This document shows, in pieces, positions 9,304 through 20,172 of a DNA stretch of 64,000 nucleotides (position 1 is the stretch's first letter; every line of letters begins with the position of its first letter). The notes under the pieces are model-generated. The model ran no database searches. It worked only from the letters and a program-made list of their open reading frames with translations, and was not told the origin of the DNA. The translations under genes and the position numbers were made by a program. The DNA is from Candidatus Poribacteria bacterium (lineage in GTDB: Bacteria; Poribacteria; WGA-4E; WGA-3G): the NCBI GenBank assembly GCA_963665235.2, contig CAXXLX010000002.1, positions 192,001 through 256,000 on the forward strand. The letters run 5' to 3'.

Positions 9304-11673
9304 CTATCCTAAGGTGTCCTCCTCCGCTAGCTCATAATAACTGGTGTGGCGGCTGTAGTAACCGTAAGATTTGGCATGCTTCGGGTTTATCATGTTACAA
9401 AGTACGCCAATTCCTTTCTTGGGCAAGCCTTGAGTGAGATGCCGGACACCTGCTAAGACATCAGTCCGCCGGGTTTTCGTGATGTCAAACACATAGACGA
9501 TAGCATCGACGTTAGGTGCCAAAATCATCGGGTCAGCGACAGCTCGGACAGGGGGGGAGTCAATGACGATTACATCATATTCAGATTTCGCCAGTTCCAG
9601 CCACTGTGTCATCATCTCCGAGTTGAGCAGCTGAATCGGGTTTGGCGGTACGGCCCCGCCCGATATGAGCTGCAAATTCGGAATATCGGTCGGTTTGACG
9701 GTTGCGTGCAAAACGTCTTCTGCGTTTTCGGTGTTTATATGGATGAGGGCTTCGCTCAATCCCGGTTTGCGAGCTGCACCGCTTGCTACTACCAAGGCTT
9801 CAGAGGCAGTCTCATCTTCTGTAGGAACATCCTGAATCGGTTGTGCTGTTGCAAAAATTTTGTGTTGCGAAGGTCTCCGCATATCCGCATCTATGAGCAG
9901 CACGTTATCCCCGTTTTGGGCGAGTGCTGCCGCTAGGTTGGCAGAGATAGTGCTTTTTCCCTCTCCGCGGGTTGCACTCGTGACAAGAATAGTTCTCACT
10001 TCGCCGCTGGGGTTAAGGAACGGTAATTTCGCTTGGAGAGCCCGAAATGCCTCGGCGGTTTTTGAACGCGGGGCATCGTGAACGATAAGCGGAAGCCGAT
10101 ACGCACGTCTCTTCTTCATTGATGGAATTACGCCTAAAAAACTGGGGGGCTCCGGTAGCGCGTCCAATTGCTCAACAGCCTCCTCTAATCGTAAATAGGT
10201 GTCTTTAAAGTAATTTTTGGCGACAGCGTACGTAAATCCGAGGAGCGCGCCGAGCATCGCTCCTAGAAGGAGATTTAGCTTTTTCTGCGGTTTAACCGGT
10301 TCTTCAGGGAGTCGGGCTTTATCTAAAAAGCTGACACTTTCTGTAAGGGACTGGGCGGTGACCTCCGATTCCATCATCCTTGTTTTCAGGGTGACCACTT
10401 GTGTGCCGAAAATTTCAACGTCGCGTTTGAGTCGAAATAACTCTATTTGCGTCGCTGACCAGCTGCCTAATTTTTCAAGATTCGCTGCAATTTGAGCGGC
10501 GACCTCCGCTTTCTGCTCCTCAAGCCCAATAATGATTGCTTGCCCCTCATTAATTTTTTCTGTAATGACTTGATGTAAAGGGTTGTAAGCGGAGGTTGTG
10601 CTTTTTAGGTCCGGTTCTTCCTCATCGAGACGGGCCCGTGTCTCCTTAATTTTTTCATCGAGGGCGGTAATTTCAGGATGGGCTGTGTCGCCATATTTAC
10701 CGATAAGTGCTTTCCGCTCAATTTCATACTCATTCAGGTTATCTTTGAGTTTGGAATAGGATGGATTTTTTGTGACCGTTTCTGAAATGAGATTTTCCTC
10801 GATATTCTCCAGCTCTTTTTTATAGACATCAATCTTCAATTTAGCCCCTACCAATTGACTTACCAATTCGTTTTCGCTCAATTGGAGTGCCAAAATGCGT
10901 TGTGCTTGTATACTTCCGTCAGCATTTATGGTAATTTCTGGGTTGCGCTTCTGAAATTGTGCGAGCTTCTCTTCAGCAGTTTTCAAGTTGTTTTCGGTTT
11001 CATTCAACATCTGCTGGGGGGCTTCCTTTTCCCACCATCGCATATTTCGGGCTGTTTCGGTTTCGATAGTATCAATAAACACATTCGCAATTCTGTTAGC
11101 TAACTGCTGGGCGCGTTCGGGGGTCCGTTGAAGCAGTGTAATCGTAATGACATTTCCATCTGGGGATTCTTCAACCTTAAGTTGTTCATCAATAAGGGTT
11201 TTAATGAAAAAGTCTTCCCACTCCTGTGGGGTCAGTTCTCCCTGTTCCGTAGTGTCTGTGAGTTTAACATTCAGTCGATTTGCTAGCCACGGGAGCAGCT
11301 GTCCACGGTGAATAGGTTCCGGTTCCAAAATTCCCTCTGCTCGCAGCTGCTGAACAGCGGGGGTAATAATGGTGTCTCGGGATTGTAGCAGCGCGGCGTA
11401 GACCCCGCCAGATTTGCCGCCGAGGAACCCGGATAGCGGTAGCTGCGATAGGAGCGAAGTTGCTTGTTGGTTATCGAGGAGGCGAAGGGTTGTTTCTGAT
11501 TTGTAAACTGGCGCGGTGAGGTCTGTTACGACAAACGCCGCGAAAACGGTGAACAAAAAAATAAAAAGAACACTCCACTTATTCCGAAAGAGAATCCAAA
11601 AATAGTTTGATAATCGAATTTCTGTAATTTCTTCAAGTTGCTTGTCTGTTGTTTCTGACATAATTAACCTCAT
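9304..11673 (-). CDS. wzc: Polysaccharide co-polymerase/tyrosine autokinase
   Basis: Two TM segments flanking a coiled coil, GEGKST Walker A, LLIDADMRRP, VIVIDSPP, C-terminal Tyr cluster SYGYYSRHTSYYE. Confidence 0.9.
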   Translation of the reverse strand: MRLIMSETTDKQLEEITEIRLSNYFWILFRNKWSVLFIFLFTVFAAFVVTDLTAPVYKSETTLRLLDNQQATSLLSQLPLSGFLGGKSGGVYAALLQSRDTIITPAVQQLRAEGILEPEPIHRGQLLPWLANRLNVKLTDTTEQGELTPQEWEDFFIKTLIDEQLKVEESPDGNVITITLLQRTPERAQQLANRIANVFIDTIETETARNMRWWEKEAPQQMLNETENNLKTAEEKLAQFQKRNPEITINADGSIQAQRILALQLSENELVSQLVGAKLKIDVYKKELENIEENLISETVTKNPSYSKLKDNLNEYEIERKALIGKYGDTAHPEITALDEKIKETRARLDEEEPDLKSTTSAYNPLHQVITEKINEGQAIIIGLEEQKAEVAAQIAANLEKLGSWSATQIELFRLKRDVEIFGTQVVTLKTRMMESEVTAQSLTESVSFLDKARLPEEPVKPQKKLNLLLGAMLGALLGFTYAVAKNYFKDTYLRLEEAVEQLDALPEPPSFLGVIPSMKKRRAYRLPLIVHDAPRSKTAEAFRALQAKLPFLNPSGEVRTILVTSATRGEGKSTISANLAAALAQNGDNVLLIDADMRRPSQHKIFATAQPIQDVPTEDETASEALVVASGAARKPGLSEALIHINTENAEDVLHATVKPTDIPNLQLISGGAVPPNPIQLLNSEMMTQWLELAKSEYDVIVIDSPPVRAVADPMILAPNVDAIVYVFDITKTRRTDVLAGVRHLTQGLPKKGIGVLCNMINPKHAKSYGYYSRHTSYYELAEEDTLG

Positions 11674-11734
11674 GTTCTCGATGAACGCACCAGTGTGTAC
11701 GTAAAAAATGGAAGAAAGAAGAGATGTCTTTCCG

Positions 11735-12958
11735 CTATCTATATCTCAGCCAAACACTCACAACAAGGTTTGTCAACGAGGCAGCGAAAGATAGCACACG
11801 CCAGTCGATACGTGTCCGTTCCAAGATTCGGAGCTGATCATTTGGATTCAGGTAAATCTCGGATTGTACTATGTTGTAGTTAAGCTCCTCTTGGGTCCCA
11901 TCAGCACGTGTAAGGATACATTTTTTAGGGTTGGCTTTCTCTTCGTTCAATCCACCCGCCATTGCGACAGCATCTCTTAAAAGCGTTGGTTCTGTGATGA
12001 CATATTGCCCGGGCCTATCCACGGCACCAACAACGCCTATTTTTGCTTCCGCCAACGGAACATATAAGGTATCCCCTGGTCCCAACTTAGCTTCCGAGTC
12101 TGTTCCTGTCAAATCGACCGGTTTATGTCCAGTGTTAGTGACAATTTCTGCCTTCTTCAAATCGGCGAAGTCTGCTCTGGACCCGCCTGCAAGTTTTAAG
12201 GCGCGCGTTGCGGTAATCTGCTGCGTTGCTAACGGAATCGGGTAGAGGCCAGGGGCGGTTACTGCGCCTATCACACGAATTCGTCTTTGGGCGTAAACAG
12301 ATGGGACGATGACAATATCGTAATCTTTTAGGGGAATATCGCCTTTGCCGGTCTCAAGCAGCTCCAAAAAATTTACCTCTTTGTGCCGTTCTCCGTCACG
12401 CCAGACAGTAATTTTCGTCAGGTCGGCGATTTCATAGTTGATACCCGCGGATGCTAAGGCGTGCATCAGATACACCTGCCCCGCACTAAAAACATGCAAA
12501 TTGCCCCGTGGTCGCAATTCAACTGCGCCGAACACCAAAATGTTCCGCCTGGGTTGCATAAGCGTTACAAAGACACGGACACTCGGCAGTTTTGCGGAGA
12601 AGGCACGTTGCATTTCTGCTTCCAGCTCAGAAACCGTTAAACCGATTGCCTTGATAAGTCCAATTAGCGGATAGGAAATATAACCATCCGGTTGAACCGG
12701 AACAGCCGTTCGCTCTTTGCTATATTCGGGATACCCTTCCACTGTAACGACGATGCTGTCCCCAACCTGCAATTTATAAGTGGATACCCCCGGTACTTCT
12801 CCGCTGCTAATGACAATGTTCTCGGCATCGGCATCTATCTCGGAAACCTCTGTGCTGTTAGCAGCAACGTCCTTGACATCGGCATCCACCGCCGTAAAGT
12901 TCGGCAGTGCCAAAATTAGCAGGATAAGTCCTAAGCGTAAGTATAAAAACGTATTCAT
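11735..12958 (-). CDS. wza: Polysaccharide export protein with SLBB repeats
   Basis: YKLQVGD, VQPDGYISYPLIG, repeated V.GAV..PG.Y SLBB domains; upstream of wzc. Confidence 0.85.
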   Translation of the reverse strand: MNTFLYLRLGLILLILALPNFTAVDADVKDVAANSTEVSEIDADAENIVISSGEVPGVSTYKLQVGDSIVVTVEGYPEYSKERTAVPVQPDGYISYPLIGLIKAIGLTVSELEAEMQRAFSAKLPSVRVFVTLMQPRRNILVFGAVELRPRGNLHVFSAGQVYLMHALASAGINYEIADLTKITVWRDGERHKEVNFLELLETGKGDIPLKDYDIVIVPSVYAQRRIRVIGAVTAPGLYPIPLATQQITATRALKLAGGSRADFADLKKAEIVTNTGHKPVDLTGTDSEAKLGPGDTLYVPLAEAKIGVVGAVDRPGQYVITEPTLLRDAVAMAGGLNEEKANPKKCILTRADGTQEELNYNIVQSEIYLNPNDQLRILERTRIDWRVLSFAASLTNLVVSVWLRYR

Positions 12959-14288
12959 TAAATTTAAATCAACCTTTTTCGGTTGCGCGTCTCGCGCGCG
13001 GTTCTATACGTAAAATTTATCTGTTTGTTACTTTGTTGCTGTTTGGATGCAAATTCTTCAAATTATTTTAGCAAATCTCTATCAAAAATGCAAGTGAAAA
13101 GCATTTGCAGAGGTGTGTAAAGTTTTTGGACAAAACCGGTGGAAATGTTACACTTTTGACACAAAGTGTAACATTTGGTTCTCGGTTCTGAATGTGTCTG
13201 AACGCACGCCACGTCTATGTTTATAGGCGATTTACCCCTATATTTTTCGCAACACAAAAAAAACGCGTTGTGCCATTTTGGCTGCCGGTTTTCGGTTATC
13301 ACTCCTGCCTACTTTTGTGTGCTGTTCTGGTGTAAATGTTACACTTTTGACACAAAGTGTGACATTCGGTTCTCGGTGGTGGATGTTCCTGAACGCCTGC
13401 CCCGTCTATGTTCGTAAGCGGTTTTGACCCACCTTGGACGATTTCAAAAAAATGAAATGTCACACTTTCGCTATCGGTGGCTAATCAGGTGAGTTGCAAA
13501 CCGTGCCGCTTTCCTCCGAAAAATGTTTTGGTTCTCTGTTATGTTAGTTGCGAACTGTTTGATTTTTCTTCATAAAAAATATCGCAGCCGTACAAAAACT
13601 TTACACACCCGTCTGATTGGGTGCGTAAAATTTTTGTACTTAACGCGAGCTTGATAATAAATGTCCGTTTGTGCTAACCTCTATAAAGATATCGTCCTTG
13701 AGGAGCGGGAAACCGTTTGCCCGAATACTGGGACTAAGAAGCGTTGGGAAAACGGTTATCTATAAAGATATCGTCCTTGAGGAGCGGGAAACCGTTTGCC
13801 CGAATACTGGGACTAAAGAAACTTTTTTTCAAACTCACGTTGTACTTAACGTGTTATGTAGGAGCGTGCTGGGCACGCGATACCTTTCTAGATAGGCGGA
13901 CATCTCTTAAACTCCGCGTCTTCCGCGTTCTCCGCGATAATCCGCGATTTGTGGCGTACTCGCCCAAATGCGACGTGCATTCAGACAAAAAAACCCTAAA
14001 ACTATAATCACAAAACTTGGATTGTTACGCATCGGACACTCCGCGAAATCCGTGTTCTCCGTGTCATCTGCGATTCAGACAGCACAAGCGAAATCCACTC
14101 TTCCACTCTTCCTCTTCCACTCTTCCATCCTTCCATCTTTCCACCCTTCCATCTTTCCATCCTTCCACTCTTCCATCCTTCCACTCTTCCACCCTTCCAC
14201 CCTTCCCACTATCATAGTACAAAAACTTTACACACTCCTGTTAAAAATGATTGTTGCTTTAAGATGTGAATTATGCTAATATAATTTT

Positions 14289-15350
14289 GTGAACTTAAAA
14301 GCTGTTTTTGCACAACTTCAAGGTAAACAGGTGATGGTTATCGGTGATATTATCCTGGACGAGTATATTTGGGGAGATGTGAACCGAATTTCGCCTGAAG
14401 CCCCCGTACCCGTGTTTGACATGACCGCGAAGGAGACTGGCTGTGGAGGCGCAGCGAACGTCGCTCAGAATATTGCCAAGTTGGGAGGCAAGGCAGAACT
14501 GGTCGGTGTTATCGGGAAAGACAGGGAGGGCGAAAAGCTGCACCAGATGGTTACCGCTATGGATATAGGTACCACCGGTATCTGTATGGATATCCAGCGT
14601 CCGACGAGTACGAAAACGCGTGTGATTGCTTACGCGGATACTCCGAGTCGTTCGCGGTCGCGCGGGAATTCATCGTTGCCTCCGGGGCATCATCTGCTCC
14701 GTATTGACAGAGAGTCGAAGCAGGAGGCTTCTGCTGTCCTGCGGGAGCGGCTGTTAGCGGCTGTTCTTGCAAAATTACCGGAGAGCGATGCGGTTATTTT
14801 TTCGGACTACGATAAGGGTGTTGTGAGTCCGGCACTTATTGGGGCAGTTGTAGCGCGGGCGCAGCCTGAAGATATACCGATAATCGTAGACCCGAAGCGG
14901 AATAACTTCTGGGACTATGAAGGCGTAACTGCGCTTACGCCAAATCATAAGGAGGCAGGCGCGGCGGTTGGGGAAGAAATCGCGGATGTGTCGCACCTCG
15001 TTGCTGTTGGTGAGAAAATTTTAGCCCGGTTATCCCTCAAAACGTTGTTAATTACGCGTGATGCGGAGGGAATGTCCCTATTTCAGCGTGATGCAGCGGG
15101 GGCATTACAGGTGGAACATCTGCCGCCACACGTTCTCAGAGTGACAGACGTGACAGGGGCGGGGGATACCGTTGCTGCTGTCTTCACGCTTGCGCTTGCA
15201 GCTCACGTTGATTTCCGCAGTGCGGCCCTGTTGTCAAACCTTGCGGCGGGTATTGTCGTTGGAAAAATGGGATGCGCCGCTGTTACGCCTGAAGAGCTGC
15301 TGCATGCAATTGAAACGTTGAAAAGCAGCGATATGGAGACCGCACTATGA
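14289..15350 (+). CDS. rfaE1: D-glycero-beta-D-manno-heptose-7-phosphate kinase (PfkB family)
   Basis: GDIILDEY.WGDVNRISPEAPVPV, GGAANVA, SDYDKG, DVTGAGDT. Confidence 0.92.
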   Translation: MNLKAVFAQLQGKQVMVIGDIILDEYIWGDVNRISPEAPVPVFDMTAKETGCGGAANVAQNIAKLGGKAELVGVIGKDREGEKLHQMVTAMDIGTTGICMDIQRPTSTKTRVIAYADTPSRSRSRGNSSLPPGHHLLRIDRESKQEASAVLRERLLAAVLAKLPESDAVIFSDYDKGVVSPALIGAVVARAQPEDIPIIVDPKRNNFWDYEGVTALTPNHKEAGAAVGEEIADVSHLVAVGEKILARLSLKTLLITRDAEGMSLFQRDAAGALQVEHLPPHVLRVTDVTGAGDTVAAVFTLALAAHVDFRSAALLSNLAAGIVVGKMGCAAVTPEELLHAIETLKSSDMETAL

Positions 15351-15907
15351 GAACGGTTTTTCTTGACCGGGATGGCGTTATCAATGTGAGTCTACCCAAT
15401 AAAGGCTATGTCCGGAGCTGGGCAGACTTTACGTTTATCCGGAATGCCAAGGAAGCAATCCGCACCTTGACCGAAAGCGGTTTTCGGATTATTGTGATAA
15501 CCAATCAATCCGGCATCGGGAGAGGGTTTTTCACCGAGCCTCAGCTAATAGACATTCATCAGCAGATGTCTGCCGAAATCACAACGGCAGGGGGTCAGCT
15601 TCATGCTATCTATTACTGTCCACACACCCCTGAAGTCGGATGCCCCTGTAGAAAACCGAAGCCGGGTATGCTAATACGCGCAGCACAGGAACATGATATA
15701 GACCTGTCAAAAGCATACTTCATTGGCGACTTTATTACTGATATTGAGGCGGGGAGAAGTGCTGGCGTATCGCCTCTATTGGTTTTAACAGGACACGGCC
15801 GGAATACGTACCGGCGTTATATATCTAACACACAACCCCCTAAAACGCGGACACCCGACAAAATTTTCCAGGACCTTTACGCAGCAGCACACTGGTTAAC
15901 GCAATAG
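15347..15907 (+). CDS. gmhB: Heptose 1,7-bisphosphate phosphatase
   Basis: FLDRDGVIN, TNQSGIGRG, CPH...C.CRKPKPGM, GD..TD; overlaps the rfaE1 stop. Confidence 0.92.
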   Translation: MRTVFLDRDGVINVSLPNKGYVRSWADFTFIRNAKEAIRTLTESGFRIIVITNQSGIGRGFFTEPQLIDIHQQMSAEITTAGGQLHAIYYCPHTPEVGCPCRKPKPGMLIRAAQEHDIDLSKAYFIGDFITDIEAGRSAGVSPLLVLTGHGRNTYRRYISNTQPPKTRTPDKIFQDLYAAAHWLTQ

Positions 15908-16150
15908 CTAGCGGGTTGTTTTCGGGACGTTATTATTCGAAAACAACGTTTTCGTGAACTGCTGTCAATTAATTAATTCTAAACTTTGGACAATTTTAGG
16001 GGGCGTAACTTTATTGTCAAAGGGATAGGTGGAAGAATGGAAGGGTGGAAGGGTGGAAGGGTGGAAGGGTGGAGTTTGCTTTTTTTGTCTGAATCACGGA
16101 AGGCACAGAGGCCGCAGAGGACGCGGAAAGAAGAGGGGTTTGGCTAAAAT

Positions 16151-16427
16151 CTATAAAGATACCGCCCCGCTGGGGCTAGTTTGTGGTGTGGTTGTGTTTT
16201 CTATAAAGATACCGCCCCGCTGGGGCTAGTTTGTGGTGTGGTTGTGTTTTCTATAAAGATACCGCCCCGCTGGGGCTAGTTTGTGGTGTGGTTGTGTTTT
16301 CTATAAAGATACCGCCCCGCTGGGGCTAGTTTGTGGTGTGGTTGTGTTTTCTATAAAGATACCGCCCCGCTGGGGCTAGTTTGTGGTGTGGTTGTGTTTT
16401 CTATAAAGATACCGCCCCGCTGGGGCT
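16151..16427. repeat. Tandem 50-bp repeat, 5 full copies plus a partial one, containing hairpin GCCCCGCTGGGGC
   Basis: Identical units at 16151, 16201, 16251, 16301, 16351, 16401. Confidence 0.95.
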
Positions 16428-16969
16428 GCGCTTCCGAGCATTCGAGTCTATTTTCTACAAGTTGCCCGTGTGTGAGCAACTTTGAGAAAAATCAGAAATG
16501 CTTTGAAAATCGGGGATCCACCGGACAGATATTGTCCAAACTATAGTAATTAATTGTTGACACAAGTTTGTGTATGTTATATCATTATTACCTATAGGGC
16601 TTGCATGCAGTGCAATCAGCGCGCGGCGACAAGAATGGTAACGTTACTGAACTTTGGACAATTTTAGGGAGGCACAACGTTTTTGTCAAACGGATAGGTG
16701 GAAGAATGGAAGGGTGGAAGAGGGGAAGAGGGGAAGCGGGTTTTGACGCGCAGCAGAGATAGGCTTAGCATCACAACCCTCTTACTAACGGTTTCCAACG
16801 GTTTCCAACATTCTATAAACATTCCGCTTTCTACGAGTTGGACTTGTGTGAGGAACTTAGAGAAAAATCAGAAATGCTTTGTGCATCGGGTATCAACCGG
16901 ACAGATATTGTCCAAAATAGAGTAACGTTAGAGAACAATTAGAAATTTTCAAAAATTTGGAGGGCACTT

Positions 16970-18553
16970 ATGGCAAAACCTGAGCTAAAATCGCAGATAC
17001 GCCGGGAACAGCTTATCTGGTTTCTTGCCACTCTTTTAAATGAACGCGAAATTTGTGAGTTGTTAATGCACACCGATTTAATCACCGATCCGGACCGGTT
17101 GTATTCCTGTTCGAAACAACAACTGCTGGGCAGTTTAACCAACGCGTTTTTCAGGCAATCGCGTATTGACGAGGTAGTGACAGAGCACTTATCGCAAAAG
17201 GCGGAGGCAGCAATTGAGCGAGTCGGCTATATGGTTGTCGAAGAGATACATAAATTTTTCAGGTCTCCGGATGTCCTGATTGAGGCGGGTGAGTTCGGTG
17301 AAGTGGTATGGGCCCTTATAGCCGATCCACGCGAGGCTGTGTATGCACACGGGTATCACCTCCTGACGACTGCCTACGGGGCACACAACGCATCATCGGT
17401 TGCTGTGTCTCCACCGCCAGAAGCCGTATCTATAGAAACGCACGCCGTGCAGCCTATAGAAGCGGCGGTTGAAAAAATACGGACAAAATATGAGCAGGAT
17501 TTGGAAACCCACCGAGGTGAAATAGATGAACGTGATGGCGAGATTGAACGTCTTGAACGTACACTTACACACCTAAAAGGGCAGTCTACCGTTGTTGAAA
17601 AAAGAAACAAGCGGCTTGAACAGCACTGCCAATTCCTCGTTGAAGAAAACGAGGCGTTGAAGGCAAAAGAAAACGCGTATCAAGAAAGCGAAAAACGCAT
17701 CAATACTTTACAACAAGAAAATCTGCAACTTCAGGAAAAAGCGGCACAGGATGCTAAGGCGAATGAAAGACTCGGGCAATTGGAGTCTGAACATCAGGAA
17801 TTGTTGGCTGAAAAAGAGCGTCTCACAGCACAGTTCCAGGAAGTTGAACAAATCAAAGCAGTGAAAGAGACCTTCACCGTCGAGCTGAAACTCGTTGAGG
17901 AAGCCGTTTACAAAGAATACCAAGCCTTAGACCAACTCAAAACCGATTTACTGGGGCACTTCGACATCGTTGAAAAATCGTACGAAGCCTCTCGAACTGC
18001 CCTCAATCAGATTCGTCAAACCGTGAACACTTTGGATGAGCCGCAATTTACTCAGGTAGAGGACAATGTGGATACGCCAACGCAACCGCGCGTTGGTGTT
18101 TTCGTCGATGTGCAAAACATGTTCTATGCTGCGAAAGATAGGTTTGAACGTCGCGTTGATTACATCAAACTGCTAGATCTGATAGTCGGTCCCCGCCAAC
18201 TTATAGCCGCTTACGCTTACATCGTCCAGATTCCAGAAATTGACCAATCCAATTTCTTCTCGCTGCTAGAGCATAACGGTTACACAATTCGTAGCAAAGA
18301 TTTACGGCTACGAGGCGATGGCTCAGCAAAAGGAGATTGGGATGTCGGAATTGCTGTGGATGTGGTTTCTATGCTCGGAACTTTAGATGTTGTAATTTTA
18401 GCGAGCGGTGATGGGGATTTCTGTCCACTCGCTGAACTGATTAAACAGCAACATAAACGGATAGAGGTAGTTGCGTTTGAGCACAACACCTCCATGGATT
18501 TGCAAGCAGTTGCCGACCAATTTTTCCCAATCGGCGAGGAATTGCTGATGTAG
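16970..18553 (+). CDS. Coiled-coil protein with C-terminal NYN (LabA/DUF88) domain
   Basis: VFVDVQN, KGDWDVGIAVD, LASGDGDF.PL motifs after a long heptad region. Confidence 0.88.
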   Translation: MAKPELKSQIRREQLIWFLATLLNEREICELLMHTDLITDPDRLYSCSKQQLLGSLTNAFFRQSRIDEVVTEHLSQKAEAAIERVGYMVVEEIHKFFRSPDVLIEAGEFGEVVWALIADPREAVYAHGYHLLTTAYGAHNASSVAVSPPPEAVSIETHAVQPIEAAVEKIRTKYEQDLETHRGEIDERDGEIERLERTLTHLKGQSTVVEKRNKRLEQHCQFLVEENEALKAKENAYQESEKRINTLQQENLQLQEKAAQDAKANERLGQLESEHQELLAEKERLTAQFQEVEQIKAVKETFTVELKLVEEAVYKEYQALDQLKTDLLGHFDIVEKSYEASRTALNQIRQTVNTLDEPQFTQVEDNVDTPTQPRVGVFVDVQNMFYAAKDRFERRVDYIKLLDLIVGPRQLIAAYAYIVQIPEIDQSNFFSLLEHNGYTIRSKDLRLRGDGSAKGDWDVGIAVDVVSMLGTLDVVILASGDGDFCPLAELIKQQHKRIEVVAFEHNTSMDLQAVADQFFPIGEELLM

Positions 18554-18589
18554 CTGTCTTAATTTAACTATTGCGGAGGAAAATTTGTA

Positions 18590-20035
18590 ATGTTGAGACA
18601 TCGTACCCGTGCATTACGGAACGGTTTTGGGGAGAAGTGCTGGTCTGTTTTTCGCGGCGGTCTTTTTTTTACGTTCTGCTTCTTCATCAGTTTTACCTCT
18701 GCTCAACCTGAGTGGGTGCCGGAGGTAAATCTGCCAATATGTACCGCTGAAAATGCACAACATTTTCCGCAGCTAACCTCTGATGGTGCGGATGGCGTTA
18801 TTGTTACGTGGCGCGACGCACGCAACGGAAATCAGGATATTTATGCCCAACGTGTTAATAGTAAAGGCGAGATAGTCTGGACACCTGACGGTATCGCTAT
18901 TTGTAAACACCCGGCTTTTCAAAGCGACCCTACGATTGTCGAGGACAGGAGGGGTGGGGCAATCGTTGTCTGGGGAGATATGCGTAACGGTAAGCACGAC
19001 AGTTTTGCACAACGTATCAATGCGGATGGTGAGAAATTGTGGGCTCCTGAAGGCGCGCCGGTCTGTACAGAGCCGGCCTTACAAAACGATTTTACAGCTA
19101 TCGCAGATGGAAACGGCGGGGTGATTGTTGTCTGGGAAGATTGGCGCGCTGGTAATCAAGATATCTATGCCCAAAAAATATCGGCTGATGGACAAGCGGT
19201 CTGGAAACAGGACGGTATTGCTGTCCATCGCGGAGAAGGTCACCAATATGACCCCGCTTTAATCAGTGATGGCGCAGGTGGGGCAATTTTCGTCTGGTGG
19301 GACATCAGCCCCCCGGATTGGAACGTCTTTGCACAGCGGATTGATAGTAGTGGCAATGTTGTGTGGAATTTACCGACACCTGTCTGCACAGCCCCCGGTA
19401 ACCAGGGCGCACCTACTATTGTTTCCAATGGAAATGGGGGTGCATTCTGTGTGTGGTTAGACTATAGAAACGATCCGAATTCTTACACGATTGCCAAACT
19501 CTATGTACAACACATAGCAGCGGATGGGTCTACCTTATGGCAGAAGGATGGTATCCCGATTTGCGACCCCGGTTCCAATCAACAGCAACCTAGCTGCATC
19601 AGCGATGGCGAAGGGGGATTTATCGTCGCGTGGTGGGACGACCGAGATGTCTTCTCCGACATTTATGCCCAACGTGTCAACCCATCAGGTAAGATGCTGT
19701 GGAAGGCTACAGGCGTGCCGGTTTGCACTGCCGGGGGCGTTCAACAGGTTCCGCAGCTTGTTTCTGATGGTGCAGGCGGGGCAATCGCTTACTGGCTTGA
19801 CTATCGGGAAGATTTCGGAAATACCACGGAGGATGCTATCTATGCACAACGGATTAATGCTGCCGGTAAACCGCTTTGGAAAAAGGACGGTGTGCCTGTC
19901 TGCACCGCAAAGGGAGAGCAGATTTCCCCGAAGGCTGTTTCAATCGGGATTGGTGGTGCAATTGTCGTTTGGAGCGATGCCCGCGGAGGTAATGGCAAGA
20001 ACGATATCTATATGCAGCTGGCGATTGGCAATTAG
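18590..20035 (+). CDS. Secreted repeat protein (about 7 repeats, beta-propeller-like)
   Basis: Repeats of Q..P.L.SDG.GGAIV.W.D.R....DIYAQRI...G..LW..DG.PVC. Confidence 0.8.
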   Translation: MLRHRTRALRNGFGEKCWSVFRGGLFFTFCFFISFTSAQPEWVPEVNLPICTAENAQHFPQLTSDGADGVIVTWRDARNGNQDIYAQRVNSKGEIVWTPDGIAICKHPAFQSDPTIVEDRRGGAIVVWGDMRNGKHDSFAQRINADGEKLWAPEGAPVCTEPALQNDFTAIADGNGGVIVVWEDWRAGNQDIYAQKISADGQAVWKQDGIAVHRGEGHQYDPALISDGAGGAIFVWWDISPPDWNVFAQRIDSSGNVVWNLPTPVCTAPGNQGAPTIVSNGNGGAFCVWLDYRNDPNSYTIAKLYVQHIAADGSTLWQKDGIPICDPGSNQQQPSCISDGEGGFIVAWWDDRDVFSDIYAQRVNPSGKMLWKATGVPVCTAGGVQQVPQLVSDGAGGAIAYWLDYREDFGNTTEDAIYAQRINAAGKPLWKKDGVPVCTAKGEQISPKAVSIGIGGAIVVWSDARGGNGKNDIYMQLAIGN

Positions 20036-20172
20036 CGATTGGCAGAAAGGAGAAATAGATGAAAATCTGCGATTTTCATTATTTTCTCTCCTGGCAAGAG
20101 GTTTGTGATTCTAATAACATATCTGAAGCGCGTCAGAGACCTCTTTCTCTTGCTAACAGCCATAAGTAGTTG

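Noticed and set aside
14094-14210. (CTTCCACC/CTTCCATC)n octamer tracts, also at ~5733 and inverted at ~16030 and ~16700
   Set aside because: Low-complexity simple repeats with no specific function supportable from the sequence
16151-16427. 50-bp repeats as a CRISPR array
   Set aside because: Perfect tandem copies without spacers
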